Assembly (NCBI GenBank): GCA_965205265.1
Contig: CBDBGH010000003.1
Location: 1,440,001 to 1,504,000 of the forward strand
Reading direction: 5' to 3'
Origin: Alphaproteobacteria bacterium
Lineage (GTDB): Bacteria > Pseudomonadota > Alphaproteobacteria > Bin95
DNA: 64,000 nt
The notes under the pieces were generated by a model that was not told where the DNA came from, did not search any database, and was given only the letters and a program-made list of their open reading frames with translations. Of this stretch, positions 9,933 through 20,500 are shown piece by piece; position 1 is the stretch's first letter, and each line of letters opens with the position of its first letter. The position numbers and the translations under genes were made by a program.

Positions 9933-11059
9933 GCCGCGGGGTCGAAGCCGAAGATCATGGCGCGCATCCGCTCGAAGATACGGCCGAAAAAGCCGACCCG
10001 CTCGACATCCGTTCCCGCGTAAAGCGGATGCTCCACCGGCTGGATGCCGGGCGCCTCCAGACGCAGAACTGCGAGCTGCTGGCCCTCCTTCACGGGAGCA
10101 ACGACCGGCCCCGTCCATCTGACGGACGCCTTCAGGCCCGAGCGCGCCTGGCGCTTCAGCGAAAGCACCACATCGCTGCCCGGAACCAGCGGCACACGGT
10201 CCACGCTGCCGAGCCACACGGCCGCCTTCTCGACGGTCTCTCCCCTTTTCAGGAGGGGATAGGCTGCGAACTCGCGGAAGCCCCATTCGATCAGCCGTTC
10301 CGACTCCCGCGCGCGCGGCCGGGAGTTCTTCAGCCCGTTCAACACGAGGTAGAGCCGTCTCCCGTCGCGCTCGGCGGAGGCGGTCAGGCCGTAACCCGAT
10401 GCGTTGGTATGGCCGGTCTTGAGGCCATCGGCGCCCGGAACGCGCCCCAACAGGGGATTGCGGTTGCGCTGCTTGATCTTGTTGAACTCGAACTCGCGCT
10501 CCGCAAACATCCCGTAATATTCGGGAAACCCGGTCACGAGAATCTGTGCAAGACGGGCAAGGTCCCGCGGCGAAATCTCATGTTGCGGATGCGGCCAGCC
10601 GGTCGCATTCGTGAAATTCGCGCTGGCAAGGCCCAGTTCCCGCGCGCGCGCCGTCATCGCTTCGGCGAAGGCTTCCTCGCTGCCGGAAATCCCCTCGGCA
10701 ATGACGATGGAGGCATCGTTGCCCGACTGCACGATGACGCCGCGCAGCAGGTCGGCGACCGACACGCGCCTGTTGACGCGCACGAAGGTCTTGGAGCCGC
10801 CCATCTTCCACGCCTTGTGGCTGACCGGGAAGGTCTGGTCCATCGAAAGCACGCCGGCTTTCAGCCGTTCGAAGACCATGAGCACGGTCATGAGCTTGCT
10901 CATCGACGCCGGCGGGAGCGGCGTGTCGGCGTCCTTTTCCAGCAGCACGGTCCCGGTCGTTCCGTCGATCAGTATCGCGTGCGGCGCAATGGTCGTATCG
11001 GCGCGGGCGGCCGGGGCCAGAAGCAGAGCGGCCAGAATAGCGAAGACACTCAATCGCAT
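9929..11059 (-). CDS. dacA: D-alanyl-D-alanine carboxypeptidase (PBP5/6, peptidase S11)
   Basis: PASMSK (SxxK), SGN, KTG motifs; signal peptide. Confidence 0.93.
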   Translation of the reverse strand: MRLSVFAILAALLLAPAARADTTIAPHAILIDGTTGTVLLEKDADTPLPPASMSKLMTVLMVFERLKAGVLSMDQTFPVSHKAWKMGGSKTFVRVNRRVSVADLLRGVIVQSGNDASIVIAEGISGSEEAFAEAMTARARELGLASANFTNATGWPHPQHEISPRDLARLAQILVTGFPEYYGMFAEREFEFNKIKQRNRNPLLGRVPGADGLKTGHTNASGYGLTASAERDGRRLYLVLNGLKNSRPRARESERLIEWGFREFAAYPLLKRGETVEKAAVWLGSVDRVPLVPGSDVVLSLKRQARSGLKASVRWTGPVVAPVKEGQQLAVLRLEAPGIQPVEHPLYAGTDVERVGFFGRIFERMRAMIFGFDPAA

Positions 11060-11070
11060 GGGCGCGCCTC

Positions 11071-11931
11071 CTACCCTGTCGAGCGGACTACGAAGGCATC
11101 CCGCGGCCCGCGCGCCTTCACGCGGGCCTGCAGGGCGTCGGCCGACTGCCTGGTGTTTTCCGGCCCGATGCGGACGCGGTGCAGGACCCTGCCGTTTTTC
11201 GCCGTGCTCGTGTGAACCCGCACGCTGTCGAAGTGCCGCCTCAACCTGTTCGCCATGATCTCGGCATTCCTGCGGTCGCGAAACGTGCCAGCCTGCACAT
11301 AATACACGCCGGTCCTGGGGCTGCCGCCCCCGACGAAATCGGCCACGAGGCGGTCCTGCTGCCGGGCCCCGCCGCCGGCCTTCGCAATTCGGGCGACCTT
11401 GCGGCTCAGCTCGGGCAGCAGTTCGACCCGCACCCCGGTGACGCCCTTGCGGCGAAAACCGATCTTCTCGGCCGCTGCGAGCGACAGGTCGATGATCCGC
11501 TCGCGCGCATAGGGGCCGCGGTCGTTGATACGCACGACCACGCTTCGTCCATTGCTGAGATTGGTGACGCGCACGACGCTCGGCATCGGCAGCACGCGAT
11601 GCGCCGCCGTCATCGCGTACATGTTGAAGACTTCGCCATTAGCCGTCTGGCGGCTGTGGAATTTCCTTCCGTACCAGGACGCCATGCCGGTTTCGGAAAA
11701 GGTCTCGTATTCCTTCGGGCGATACCAGCGTTCGGCAATCTTGTAAGGCTCGCCGACCTTGTAGCTGCTGACATTGTAGGTCAGCGGGCGGTATGGCGAG
11801 GCCGAGACGCCGAGGCGCCTGTCCACGACCTTTCCGCCCCGCTCTCCCGTCTTCGCCGTCCGCTTAAACGTGTCGGGCGAACTGCAGGCGCAAACGGCGA
11901 ACGCCAGCAGCAGCGCAAGGACGCGGTTCAT
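11071..11931 (-). CDS. rlpA: Septal ring lytic transglycosylase RlpA
   Basis: Lipobox, ASWYG, TAAHR.LP, INDRGP, RIIDLS, C-terminal SPOR domain. Confidence 0.95.
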   Translation of the reverse strand: MNRVLALLLAFAVCACSSPDTFKRTAKTGERGGKVVDRRLGVSASPYRPLTYNVSSYKVGEPYKIAERWYRPKEYETFSETGMASWYGRKFHSRQTANGEVFNMYAMTAAHRVLPMPSVVRVTNLSNGRSVVVRINDRGPYARERIIDLSLAAAEKIGFRRKGVTGVRVELLPELSRKVARIAKAGGGARQQDRLVADFVGGGSPRTGVYYVQAGTFRDRRNAEIMANRLRRHFDSVRVHTSTAKNGRVLHRVRIGPENTRQSADALQARVKARGPRDAFVVRSTG

Positions 11932-12941
11932 CGGCACCCTCCGACGGCATCCGACAACAGCCCCACCGTCAACGCATAGAGATTGGAACAATTGTAGCGC
12001 AGCAGGCTTTCGTAGTTGCGATAGACGAGAAAGGCCTTGCCGTCGGCGTTGTCCGGCAGGAGCAGCCTGGCGTCGAGCGTGACGGCCGGCAACGCGGCGC
12101 CGGACAGGCGGCGCAGGCCCGCCGTCTGCCACGCCGCGAGGCTCTGCGCTTTTGTCGCCCGCCGGAGCGCGCGGCATCCCTTCGCCTTCCCGGCCACCAT
12201 CGAATCGTAAGCCTGCCTCACTGTCTTCGGCACCCGCACCCCGCGCCCCCATGTGCGTGCATCCGACCAGCCGTGCCGGTGGAGATAGTTGGCAATTGAG
12301 GCGAAAACATCGCCGAGATTATTCCAGATGTCCCGTCGGCCGTCGCCGTCGAAATCTTGCGCGAATGCAAGGTAGCTGGACGGGATGAACTGGGGATGGC
12401 CCATCGCGCCCGCCCAGGAGCCCTTCATGTCGGCCAGCTCGATATAGCCCTTGTCCACCATGCGCAGCGCATCCAGCAGTTGCGCGCGGAAGAAACGGGA
12501 CCGCCGCCGGTCGAACGCCAGCGTCGCGAGCGCCGGCACCACTTCCGTGCTGCCCCTGATGGCGCCGTAGCGGGTTTCGATGCCCCAGATTGCGACAATG
12601 AAGCGCGGTTGCACGCCGTAGCGCGCGGACACCCGCCGCAGCAGCCCGGCATGTTCCGCCATCATCGCCCTGCCCCGTTCGATATTGACGGGCTTGAGGA
12701 GGCGGTTGCTGTAGGTCTCGAAGGTCAACTTGAACTCCGGCTGCCTGCGGTCCCGGTTCAGGACCTTCTCCAGCGGCCTGAGCCCGGTGAGCGCAGCGTC
12801 CAGCGTGGCCGGCGAAATGCCCATGCCCGCGGCCTCGGCGCGAAATTCCGTCAGCCACCTGCCGAAATCGTCCGCCTGCCCGTCCCCGCCGGCGCAGCAG
12901 ACCCCGGCCAGCACCGCAAGCGCGACAGCGCCTCGCCGCAT
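11928..12941 (-). CDS. mltB: Lytic murein transglycosylase (MltB family)
   Basis: AIWGIETRYG, GSWAGAMGHPQFIPSS, DFDGDG, LRYN.S. Confidence 0.92.
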   Translation of the reverse strand: MRRGAVALAVLAGVCCAGGDGQADDFGRWLTEFRAEAAGMGISPATLDAALTGLRPLEKVLNRDRRQPEFKLTFETYSNRLLKPVNIERGRAMMAEHAGLLRRVSARYGVQPRFIVAIWGIETRYGAIRGSTEVVPALATLAFDRRRSRFFRAQLLDALRMVDKGYIELADMKGSWAGAMGHPQFIPSSYLAFAQDFDGDGRRDIWNNLGDVFASIANYLHRHGWSDARTWGRGVRVPKTVRQAYDSMVAGKAKGCRALRRATKAQSLAAWQTAGLRRLSGAALPAVTLDARLLLPDNADGKAFLVYRNYESLLRYNCSNLYALTVGLLSDAVGGCR

Positions 12942-13120
12942 CGCCTTCCCCTCGTTCGCGGGCCCGGCAACCGGAACCCCTGCAACCTCCGCGCCAACAT
13001 ATCGGACGATTCCGGGCCTGTCGCGCCGGCCGGTTCCCGCAATGCCTGTCTTTCGGGGCGTTTCCGGTTGGGCCATGATGGGCGCCGCTTTGCGCAAAAC
13101 CTCGCTGCGGGAGAAGAAGA

Positions 13121-13861
13121 ATGAAGCTTGCCGGCAAGACCGCGATCGTCACGGGAGGGGCCTGGGGCATGGGGGCGGTTACGGCCGAGCTCCTGGCGTC
13201 CGAGGGCGCGGATGTGGTCATCGCGGATATTCTGGAGGAAGAGGGGCGCTCCCGGGCAAAGAAGATTGCGGGTGACGGTGGAAAGGCCTCCTTCCACCGG
13301 CTGGATGTGACCGAGGATTCGGGATGGGCGGAACTGGCCGCCTCCCGGCCGGAAACCGACATCCTGGTCAACAATGCCGGCATCAGCGGCAGCGGCTACG
13401 CCGACCCGTTCGATCTCGACGCATGGAACAGCCTCATGGCCATCAATGTCACCGGGGCATTTCTCGGATGCCGGCATTTCGTGCCGAAGATGGCGGCCGC
13501 GGGCGGCGGCGTCATCGTCAATATCTCGTCCATTTCCGGCGTGGTCGGCCAGGACGTCGTCCATCACGGCTACAATGCCTCCAAGGGTGCCATCCGCGTA
13601 TTGACGAAATCGCTGGCCGTGCGCCATGCGCCCGAGGGAATCAGGGCGAATTCGGTTCATCCGGGGTTGATGCCGCCGATGCGGACCTCCGGCGCCACTG
13701 CCGATCCCGCCGTGCGCGAGCGGATGCTGCGCCGGGTTCCGATGGGCCGCAACGGACGGGCGGACGAGGTGGCCAAGGCCGTGCTCTTCCTGGCGTCCGA
13801 CGACAGCAGCTACTGCTCCGGCGTGGAGCTTTATGTGGACGGCGGTTATCTCGCGTCCTGA
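13121..13861 (+). CDS. SDR family oxidoreductase
   Basis: TGGAWGMG, NNAG, YNASK, VDGG. Confidence 0.93.
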   Translation: MKLAGKTAIVTGGAWGMGAVTAELLASEGADVVIADILEEEGRSRAKKIAGDGGKASFHRLDVTEDSGWAELAASRPETDILVNNAGISGSGYADPFDLDAWNSLMAINVTGAFLGCRHFVPKMAAAGGGVIVNISSISGVVGQDVVHHGYNASKGAIRVLTKSLAVRHAPEGIRANSVHPGLMPPMRTSGATADPAVRERMLRRVPMGRNGRADEVAKAVLFLASDDSSYCSGVELYVDGGYLAS

Positions 13862-13871
13862 CCTTTGCCTT

Positions 13872-13902
13872 CCGGACGGGACGGGGCCGCCCTTCCCGTC
13901 CG
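13872..13902 (+). terminator. Hairpin downstream of the SDR gene
   Basis: CCGGACGGGA...TCCCGTCCGG 10-bp stem. Confidence 0.45.
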
Positions 13903-13963
13903 GCGCATCCAATCCGGCGCCCCGACCGGCGGTTTCCCGGCGAATGAAGGAATCGAACAGCCG

Positions 13964-15625
13964 ATGTCATCCCCTTCCAATACGATCAGCGGCCGCAGCG
14001 CCTTCCTTGCCGTGCTCAAGGACGAAGGCGTCACGCATCTCTTCGGCAATCCGGGCACGACGGAGTTACCGATCATGCACGCGCTGACGGAGCAGACCGA
14101 CCTCGGCTATGTGCTGGGACTGCAGGAGTCGGTGGTCGTCGCCATGGCCGACGGCTATGCGCGCGCGTCCGGCAAGCTGGCGGCCTGCAACGTTCATGTC
14201 GCGCCGGGATTGGGGAACGCCATCGGCGCGCTCTACACCGCCTCGCAAAGCGGCTCGCCGATCATCGTGACCGCCGGCCAGCAGGAGCAGGGCCACGGGC
14301 TGACGGAACCGCTCCTCTATGCCCCGCTCACCCCGATTGCCGAGCCGGTGGTCAAATGGGCGGTGGAAGTCTCCAGAATCGAGGATCTGCCCCGCATCTT
14401 GCGCCGCGCCGCCAAGGTTGCGACGACCCCGCCGACGGGGCCGGTGTTCATCTCCCTGCCCGGAGACATCCTGAACCGCCACGAGGCCATTGATCTCGGC
14501 CGGGCCACCCGGGTCGACGCCCGCGCCCGCCCTTCGGACGAGGCGCTGGCGGCGATGGCCGACCGGATCGCCGCCGCTGCAAATCCGGTCATCCTCGCCG
14601 GCCATGAGACGGCCACCGGCGGCGCGCTCGATGCCGCCGCCCGGTTCGCCGCATTGCTGGGCGCGCCCGTTTACCAGCAAAGCGTGCCCCAGGGCGCGCA
14701 TTTTCCCTCGGAGCATCCCTGCTTCATGGGGGCGCTCACGCGCAGTCAGCCGCAGGTTCGCCGGACGCTGGCGCCCTACGACCTGATCGTCAGCCTCGGA
14801 GCCGACTTCCTGCGCATGTCGGTCTGGAGTGAAACGGACCCGCTGCCCGGGCATATGTCGGTCATCCAGATCGGCCTTCGGGACTGGGAACTCGCCAAGA
14901 ACTATCCCGCCGAGATCGCCGCGCTGAGCGATGTAAGGGAGACCCTTGCCGCCCTGAATCCGCTGCTGGAGGACAGGCTGGGCGCCAGCCGGCAGCAGCG
15001 TGTCGCCGCGCTTGCCGAGAGCAATTGGACCGCGAACCGGCGCAACGCGGCGGACGCCCTGGCGGAGGTACCGGAAGAGTCCGGGCCCATCCCGCCGGCC
15101 TGGCTCTGCAGGTGCCTGGCCGAGGAACTGCCCGAAGACGGCATCGTCGTCGATGAGGGCATCACCACCGGCGCGCGCCTTCTGGACTTCCTGCCGTTCC
15201 GGGATGCGAACGGGTATTTCGGCAATGTCTCGGGCGGCATCGGATGGGGCATTGCGGCGGCGGTCGGCGTGCAGATCGCGCAGCCCGCGCGGCGCACGGT
15301 GGCGCTTATCGGCGACGGCAGCGCCATGTATTCGATCCAGGCGCTCTGGACCGCCGTCAATGCCCGGCTGCCGGTCGTTTTCGTCATCGCCAACAATGGC
15401 GGCTACCGCATTCTGAAGGACAGGATGAAGGCGTTTCACGACAATGACGCGCCGATAGGAATGGATTTTCGCGATCCGCCCATCGATGCGACACGACTTG
15501 CGGAAGGCTTCGGCATGGCCGCCTTGCGGGCCGAAACGCCGGCCGCCTTCCGCAAGGCATACCGGGATGCGCTCGCAGGCTCGGGGCCCGTCCTGATCGA
15601 GGCGATGGTCAGCGCCGGCGGGTGA
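13964..15625 (+). CDS. ThDP-dependent enzyme, benzoylformate decarboxylase-like
   Basis: FGNPGTTELP, LQE..V.MADGYA, GDGS...NN ThDP motif. Confidence 0.9.
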   Translation: MSSPSNTISGRSAFLAVLKDEGVTHLFGNPGTTELPIMHALTEQTDLGYVLGLQESVVVAMADGYARASGKLAACNVHVAPGLGNAIGALYTASQSGSPIIVTAGQQEQGHGLTEPLLYAPLTPIAEPVVKWAVEVSRIEDLPRILRRAAKVATTPPTGPVFISLPGDILNRHEAIDLGRATRVDARARPSDEALAAMADRIAAAANPVILAGHETATGGALDAAARFAALLGAPVYQQSVPQGAHFPSEHPCFMGALTRSQPQVRRTLAPYDLIVSLGADFLRMSVWSETDPLPGHMSVIQIGLRDWELAKNYPAEIAALSDVRETLAALNPLLEDRLGASRQQRVAALAESNWTANRRNAADALAEVPEESGPIPPAWLCRCLAEELPEDGIVVDEGITTGARLLDFLPFRDANGYFGNVSGGIGWGIAAAVGVQIAQPARRTVALIGDGSAMYSIQALWTAVNARLPVVFVIANNGGYRILKDRMKAFHDNDAPIGMDFRDPPIDATRLAEGFGMAALRAETPAAFRKAYRDALAGSGPVLIEAMVSAGG

Positions 15626-17639
15626 ACACGCCGACGGCCAGCAGCAGGGCCAGCAGCAGCGTCGTGGCCGCTATGCCGTAGCCGAGCAGCCGGCCCGCAT
15701 GCTGCAGCCCGGCGAAAGCGACGATGCTGCCGGCAAGCAGGGGGCCGGCAATGCTGCCGGCGCGCTCCACCACCCGGAAGGCCGCCGTGACCGGGCCGGT
15801 GCCGAAGGCTTCGGTTTCGGACCTGAAATAAATCGGCAGCACGGCCACTTGCGGCGTCATCACGAAGGACTGGCCGAGCCCGATCAGCGCGACGCCGCAA
15901 GCCAGCAGCAAGGCGTCGGTCGTGGAAACGAACAGCAGGCAGCCCGCCGCCACCGAAATCCCGCCAACGACGATCAGCATGCCGTGGTTCTGGAACCTGT
16001 CGGCTATCAGCGCCGCCGCCTGGTTCATGACCAGCAACACCAGGAAATAGACCATCATGGTGCGCCCGATGGCCGCCCCGCCGAAATCGAGCGAATCCAG
16101 ATAGAGCGGCACGAGGAAGAACAGGAAGCCGGTGAGCACGGTCCGCGACGGCAGGGCCGAGAGCGCCATGAATGTCATGAATCCCGGACTGCCGTAAATT
16201 CCGAACCGCCTACGATGGGCCTGTGCGCCCGCTCTGGTCCCGACTCCTTCCTCCGACGACAGGAAGCCGAAGGCGATCATCATGGCCACGAAGACGATGG
16301 TTGCCCCGACGATAAAGGTGTTCTCGTATCCCAGCCGTTCGGCGAGGATGCCGCCGATTGCGGTCGCGCAGATGCTGCCGCCGCCCGTGGCCGTGACGAA
16401 CACGCCGATATTGAGCGCGCGCCGGCGTTCCGGCGCCGTTATGGCAAGCCGGACCAGAATTGCAGCGGTGACGAGGCCGAAGCCCGCCGCCGTTACGCAA
16501 CGCCACGCAATGAGTTCGACGAACCCGGTCGCGAATGCCGTCGCGATGAGGCCGACGCTCGTGGGCGCCATGCCGAGCAACAGCGTGTTGCGCGTGCCGA
16601 GGCGGCGGATCAGCGTCGGCGCAAGCGGTGTCGTGAACAGCATTGCGACCACCCAGACCGACATCGGCATGGCGATCGCGATCGAGGCGTCGATGCCGAG
16701 CGAGGGATCGTAGAGGTCGCGCACGAAGAGGGGGAAGAAGGGACGAGAGAGTTCGACGCCGAAAATGAAGAAGAACAGTGGATACTGCACGTCTCCGGCG
16801 CGCAGCACCTGCACCGGCCGGTAGGCGCCCTCCTCGGCGAATACCCGCCCTTCCCGAAGCCTTTCGACGGCGCCGCCGGCGGTCACCAATGCGCGGAAAC
16901 GCCGGTTGATCTCGGTATTGATGCTATTCATGGCGTCGATGACCCGGGCTAGGTCGTCGCGTCCGCGCGAGGCGATGGAGGCCGAGAAGTCCCCTTCGCT
17001 GACCGCATGCATCAACCGCCTCATCAGGCCGATGGACCGGGCGACCGTAAGCGACAGCACCAGCAGGGTGAGTTCGAGAACGATCAGGATGGCGACGCAC
17101 AGCGAGATGCCGATATCGGTGAAGATGCCGGCCATGGTGTTGCGGACGTAACGCCGGTCTATTCCGACCATTGCGTGCCCGACCTGTTCGCCGCCATGAA
17201 GCAGGGGATGCGCGATATTGTAGTCGGAGCCGATCGAAACGAATGCGCCGGCATTCGCGGCAAAGGGATTGGAACTGGTATCGACTCCCTCGCCGGCCTC
17301 CGCCGAGAACAGCACCTTGCCCTCGGCATCGGTCACGGCGAGATAGGCAACCTCGGGGTGGTCGGTCAGCAAGTCGTCCAGATAGGCGTCCACACCCCTC
17401 AGGCCTTCGACCGGGATATCGAGGCGTACTGCCGTGTTGAGATCGTTGGCAATCGACCGGGCCAGGACATGCGCTTTGCCCTTGATGACGGGCTCCAGCC
17501 TCGTCTCCACCGCGCCGAGCGCAATCCAGGCAAGGAACGCATTTGCGGCAACGAGGGCCAGCACGGCGACGAAACCGATGCGGATGCCGATGCCCGCAAG
17601 GGTCGGAGCCCGTCGGTGGCCGCCGCGGTCGGGGCTCAC
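15609..17639 (-). CDS. MFS transporter with N-terminal periplasmic sensor-like domain and HAMP domain
   Basis: TM, ~140-aa periplasmic domain, TM, HAMP (VSEGDFS...RDDLARV..AMN), then about 12 hydrophobic helices with IRRLG.R, LAERLG and IADRF MFS loops. Confidence 0.82.
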   Translation of the reverse strand: MSPDRGGHRRAPTLAGIGIRIGFVAVLALVAANAFLAWIALGAVETRLEPVIKGKAHVLARSIANDLNTAVRLDIPVEGLRGVDAYLDDLLTDHPEVAYLAVTDAEGKVLFSAEAGEGVDTSSNPFAANAGAFVSIGSDYNIAHPLLHGGEQVGHAMVGIDRRYVRNTMAGIFTDIGISLCVAILIVLELTLLVLSLTVARSIGLMRRLMHAVSEGDFSASIASRGRDDLARVIDAMNSINTEINRRFRALVTAGGAVERLREGRVFAEEGAYRPVQVLRAGDVQYPLFFFIFGVELSRPFFPLFVRDLYDPSLGIDASIAIAMPMSVWVVAMLFTTPLAPTLIRRLGTRNTLLLGMAPTSVGLIATAFATGFVELIAWRCVTAAGFGLVTAAILVRLAITAPERRRALNIGVFVTATGGGSICATAIGGILAERLGYENTFIVGATIVFVAMMIAFGFLSSEEGVGTRAGAQAHRRRFGIYGSPGFMTFMALSALPSRTVLTGFLFFLVPLYLDSLDFGGAAIGRTMMVYFLVLLVMNQAAALIADRFQNHGMLIVVGGISVAAGCLLFVSTTDALLLACGVALIGLGQSFVMTPQVAVLPIYFRSETEAFGTGPVTAAFRVVERAGSIAGPLLAGSIVAFAGLQHAGRLLGYGIAATTLLLALLLAVGVFTRRR

Positions 17640-18388
17640 CTCGCATTCCTTTCAGCGGCCGCGAGCGTCGCCGCCGTTTCGCGCACGGAGGCGCTGTAGC
17701 CGACGAATTCGGCGAGGTCGGTGTCCGCCGGCGTTTCACCCGATTCCGGCTTCAGAAGGCTTTCAACGCTTCGACGCAGATAACGGGCGGTTCTGGTCAG
17801 TTTCCATAGGGCAGCCGCAGTTCCCAGCACCGCCAGCAGCCCGCTGGCAAAAAAGATGAGAGCCGCAGCCTCCACAAGCTCCGTCGTCAGTCCTTCGACG
17901 ATGCCGTTGAAACGCGCCTTGCTGTAGCGAACCGCGACCCCGCCTTCGAGCTTGCCGAAATTGTTGATGACGGGCGCGCCGACCACGAAGGATTCCGGGT
18001 CCTCGATGCGCCAGACATCCCCCGCCGCCTCCCGGTTGCCTGCGTTCCAGGCCCGGGGCGCCTGCGACCCTCCGCCATTCAACTCGTCGCCGCCATGTAC
18101 GAGCAGCCTGCCTCCCGCATCGAAAATGCTGACGGACTGAAATTCCGGATATTCGGCGACCAGCGCCTCCACCATGGTCCGGCTTTCGGCGATGTCCTTG
18201 AGAGGCAGGCCGAGGTCCACGGCCTGCCGCAGCCGGCGGGAGGTGTCGAGTGTGACGACCGAGACACGCGAATCGTCGAGCCCGCGCAGGATATCGGCGA
18301 ATTTCTGCTGGTTGAGCAGGATCATCAGCGCCATCGTCACGGCAAAGGCGCAAAGAAAGGCGGCGTTCAGGACAACCAGCAACCTCAT
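17636..18388 (-). CDS. Membrane protein with periplasmic Cache-like domain and no output domain
   Basis: Two TM helices flanking AVDLGLPL...YPEF.SVSIFDAGG...GAPVINNFGKLEGGV; paralog of 24416..25153; start and stop overlap both neighbours. Confidence 0.75.
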   Translation of the reverse strand: MRLLVVLNAAFLCAFAVTMALMILLNQQKFADILRGLDDSRVSVVTLDTSRRLRQAVDLGLPLKDIAESRTMVEALVAEYPEFQSVSIFDAGGRLLVHGGDELNGGGSQAPRAWNAGNREAAGDVWRIEDPESFVVGAPVINNFGKLEGGVAVRYSKARFNGIVEGLTTELVEAAALIFFASGLLAVLGTAAALWKLTRTARYLRRSVESLLKPESGETPADTDLAEFVGYSASVRETAATLAAAERNAR

Positions 18389-19395
18389 GCCGCCAGCATC
18401 CCCTGGCGCTGCATGCTGTAGCAGAGGAAATGCTCGATCATGGCCGCATGCGACACGCCCGCGGCGCCCGCACCGATATTCATCGACATGACGGTCGCCA
18501 GGTTGCAGGTGACATTGAACTCGAGCAGGCGGAAGGACCGGTCCGGCGCGACCCGGAAATCGACCCTGAGATAGTCGCAGGGCTGCACCAGCTTCGCGAA
18601 CGCAACCGCTGCTTCCCGGAGCTCCTCGCAAAGCATGGCGTCGTCGAAAGGTTCGCCCCGCTTCCCGGGCTCCAGAAAGCGCTTTTGCCCTTCGGTCTGC
18701 ACACCTTCGCGCAACTCGGAATGATTGGCGACGGGATGAAGCGCAAGAGGTCCGCCCAGCACCGGCACGGTCACGTCGAGGCCGGGTGCCAGGGATTCGA
18801 TCAGCGCCTCCTCGCCGGCGGCCAGCAAGGTCGATGCCCGCGAGCGCGCCTCTTCCCAGTCATCGCAGATCGATCCTTCATCGATGCCTTCCGAGTTGGC
18901 GCCGAAGCGGGGCTTGACGAAATAGGGCCCGTCGAAGCCGGGCGGCTCGTCAAGATCGGCCTCTGCGACCGCCGCGACTCCTTCGGGCACCGGCAGGCCC
19001 GCAGCCCGGGCCATCAGCTTGGCGATCCACTTGTCCTCGGCCATGGCGCGCACATTGGGCGGGCTGCCGAGATAGGGAACGCCCGTGCGCGCACAAAGCG
19101 AAGACACCAGTATTTCGGGGTTGCGGACAGGCTCCCGGTTGTAGATCTGGAAGATGTAATCGGGAGCCGGCCCGCGGCGCATACGTTCTTCGAAAGCTTC
19201 GAGGCTGGCGCAGGGCTCCACCGAGCGCGCCAGGCCCCGCAGTACTGAGAGCACCTCGAATTTGGTGTAGAGTTCGCGCCCGTATTGCGGATGGACCGTG
19301 GGTGGCGGTTCGGTCCAGTCCTCCGCATATTTGGCGAGAAACAGGATATCCAGCTCCTGACGGCGGTCCGGGCCGATTCGTAACAACTTTAGCAT
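18385..19395 (-). CDS. ATP-grasp ligase, D-Ala-D-Ala ligase-like (non-canonical)
   Basis: YLGS...EDKWIAK...GLPVP, FVKPRFGANSEG, LIE, RVDFR, LEFN. Confidence 0.85.
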   Translation of the reverse strand: MLKLLRIGPDRRQELDILFLAKYAEDWTEPPPTVHPQYGRELYTKFEVLSVLRGLARSVEPCASLEAFEERMRRGPAPDYIFQIYNREPVRNPEILVSSLCARTGVPYLGSPPNVRAMAEDKWIAKLMARAAGLPVPEGVAAVAEADLDEPPGFDGPYFVKPRFGANSEGIDEGSICDDWEEARSRASTLLAAGEEALIESLAPGLDVTVPVLGGPLALHPVANHSELREGVQTEGQKRFLEPGKRGEPFDDAMLCEELREAAVAFAKLVQPCDYLRVDFRVAPDRSFRLLEFNVTCNLATVMSMNIGAGAAGVSHAAMIEHFLCYSMQRQGMLAA

Positions 19396-19486
19396 TTCAA
19401 ATTGGCCGGATGTGTCGAAATTGCACGGAACAAGCGTATGATAGCCGTCAACCCTTCCACCGGCAACGCAGCGGACCCAGCCTCCC

Positions 19487-20500
19487 ATGTTACGAGTGCT
19501 ATTGCTGGCGCTCGCCATCTCGACCGTGGCGGCCCCGGCTTCCCAAGCCGATCCCTTCACTATCTATATGATCGTGCATCGCGCCGGGTCGGGCGCGGAT
19601 GACGGTTTTCGCGATTACCTGACGGCGAACGGCGTCGATGCGAACTTCGTCTTCCGCGACATGGAGAACGACCGGTCCCGCCTCCCGGGATATGTCGAGG
19701 AAATCAAGGCGCTCAAGCCCGACCTCGTCTATACCCAGACGACTTCGGTGACGCGCGCCATCGTCGGGCGGCTCGAAGAGGCCGATCCGCAGAAGCATGT
19801 GCTCGACATTCCCGTCGTGTTTTCGATGGTTTCGTTTCCAGCCAGATCGAAACTTGTGCCCCAGCCTCCCGGTCCGGCGGCGCCGATGCTCTCGAAGCGC
19901 AACATTACCGGGGCAAGGCACGTCGTCTCGAACCTCGTGCGTCTCAATGCGATGCGCACCTACATGCCCTTCGAGAAGCTCGGCATGCTCTATGACAAGA
20001 GCTCGGGCGCGCAGCGCCGCACCGAGACCGCAATGCGGACCCTCGTGGAAGACGCCGGCATCGAATTCGTGTCCGACAGCCCGACGGAACCCGAGGCCGA
20101 ACGGGACCCGGCCCAGATAGAGCCGACGCTGCGGCGCCTCAAACAGGCGGGAGTCGACTTCCTCTATATCCCGCCGTCCAACTTCTTCGGCACCCATGCC
20201 GAACTCGTGACCCGCACGGCAACGGAACTCGGCCTGCCGACCTTCTGCGGCGTGGAGACGCTGATCCGGCAACACTGCATGACGGGGCTCGTCAGCCCGC
20301 TCTACGCGGTCGGGCAATTCGCCGCCTTCAAGGCCGAGCAGATACTGACCGGCGGCAAGGACCCGGGCGAAATCCCCATCGAAACGCTCTCCCGGTTCTC
20401 CTTCGTGGTCAACATGGAGACGGCGCACAAGCTGAAAGTCTATCCGCCGATGGAAATCCTGCGCTTCGCGCAGTTCATCAAGACCGGAGCCGATTCTTGA
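19487..20500 (+). CDS. Periplasmic substrate-binding protein (ABC_sub_bind type)
   Basis: Signal peptide, KPDLVY, IPVVFS, NITG, KAEQIL.GG..P.EIPIE, VVNM.TA.KL. Confidence 0.85.
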   Translation: MLRVLLLALAISTVAAPASQADPFTIYMIVHRAGSGADDGFRDYLTANGVDANFVFRDMENDRSRLPGYVEEIKALKPDLVYTQTTSVTRAIVGRLEEADPQKHVLDIPVVFSMVSFPARSKLVPQPPGPAAPMLSKRNITGARHVVSNLVRLNAMRTYMPFEKLGMLYDKSSGAQRRTETAMRTLVEDAGIEFVSDSPTEPEAERDPAQIEPTLRRLKQAGVDFLYIPPSNFFGTHAELVTRTATELGLPTFCGVETLIRQHCMTGLVSPLYAVGQFAAFKAEQILTGGKDPGEIPIETLSRFSFVVNMETAHKLKVYPPMEILRFAQFIKTGADS

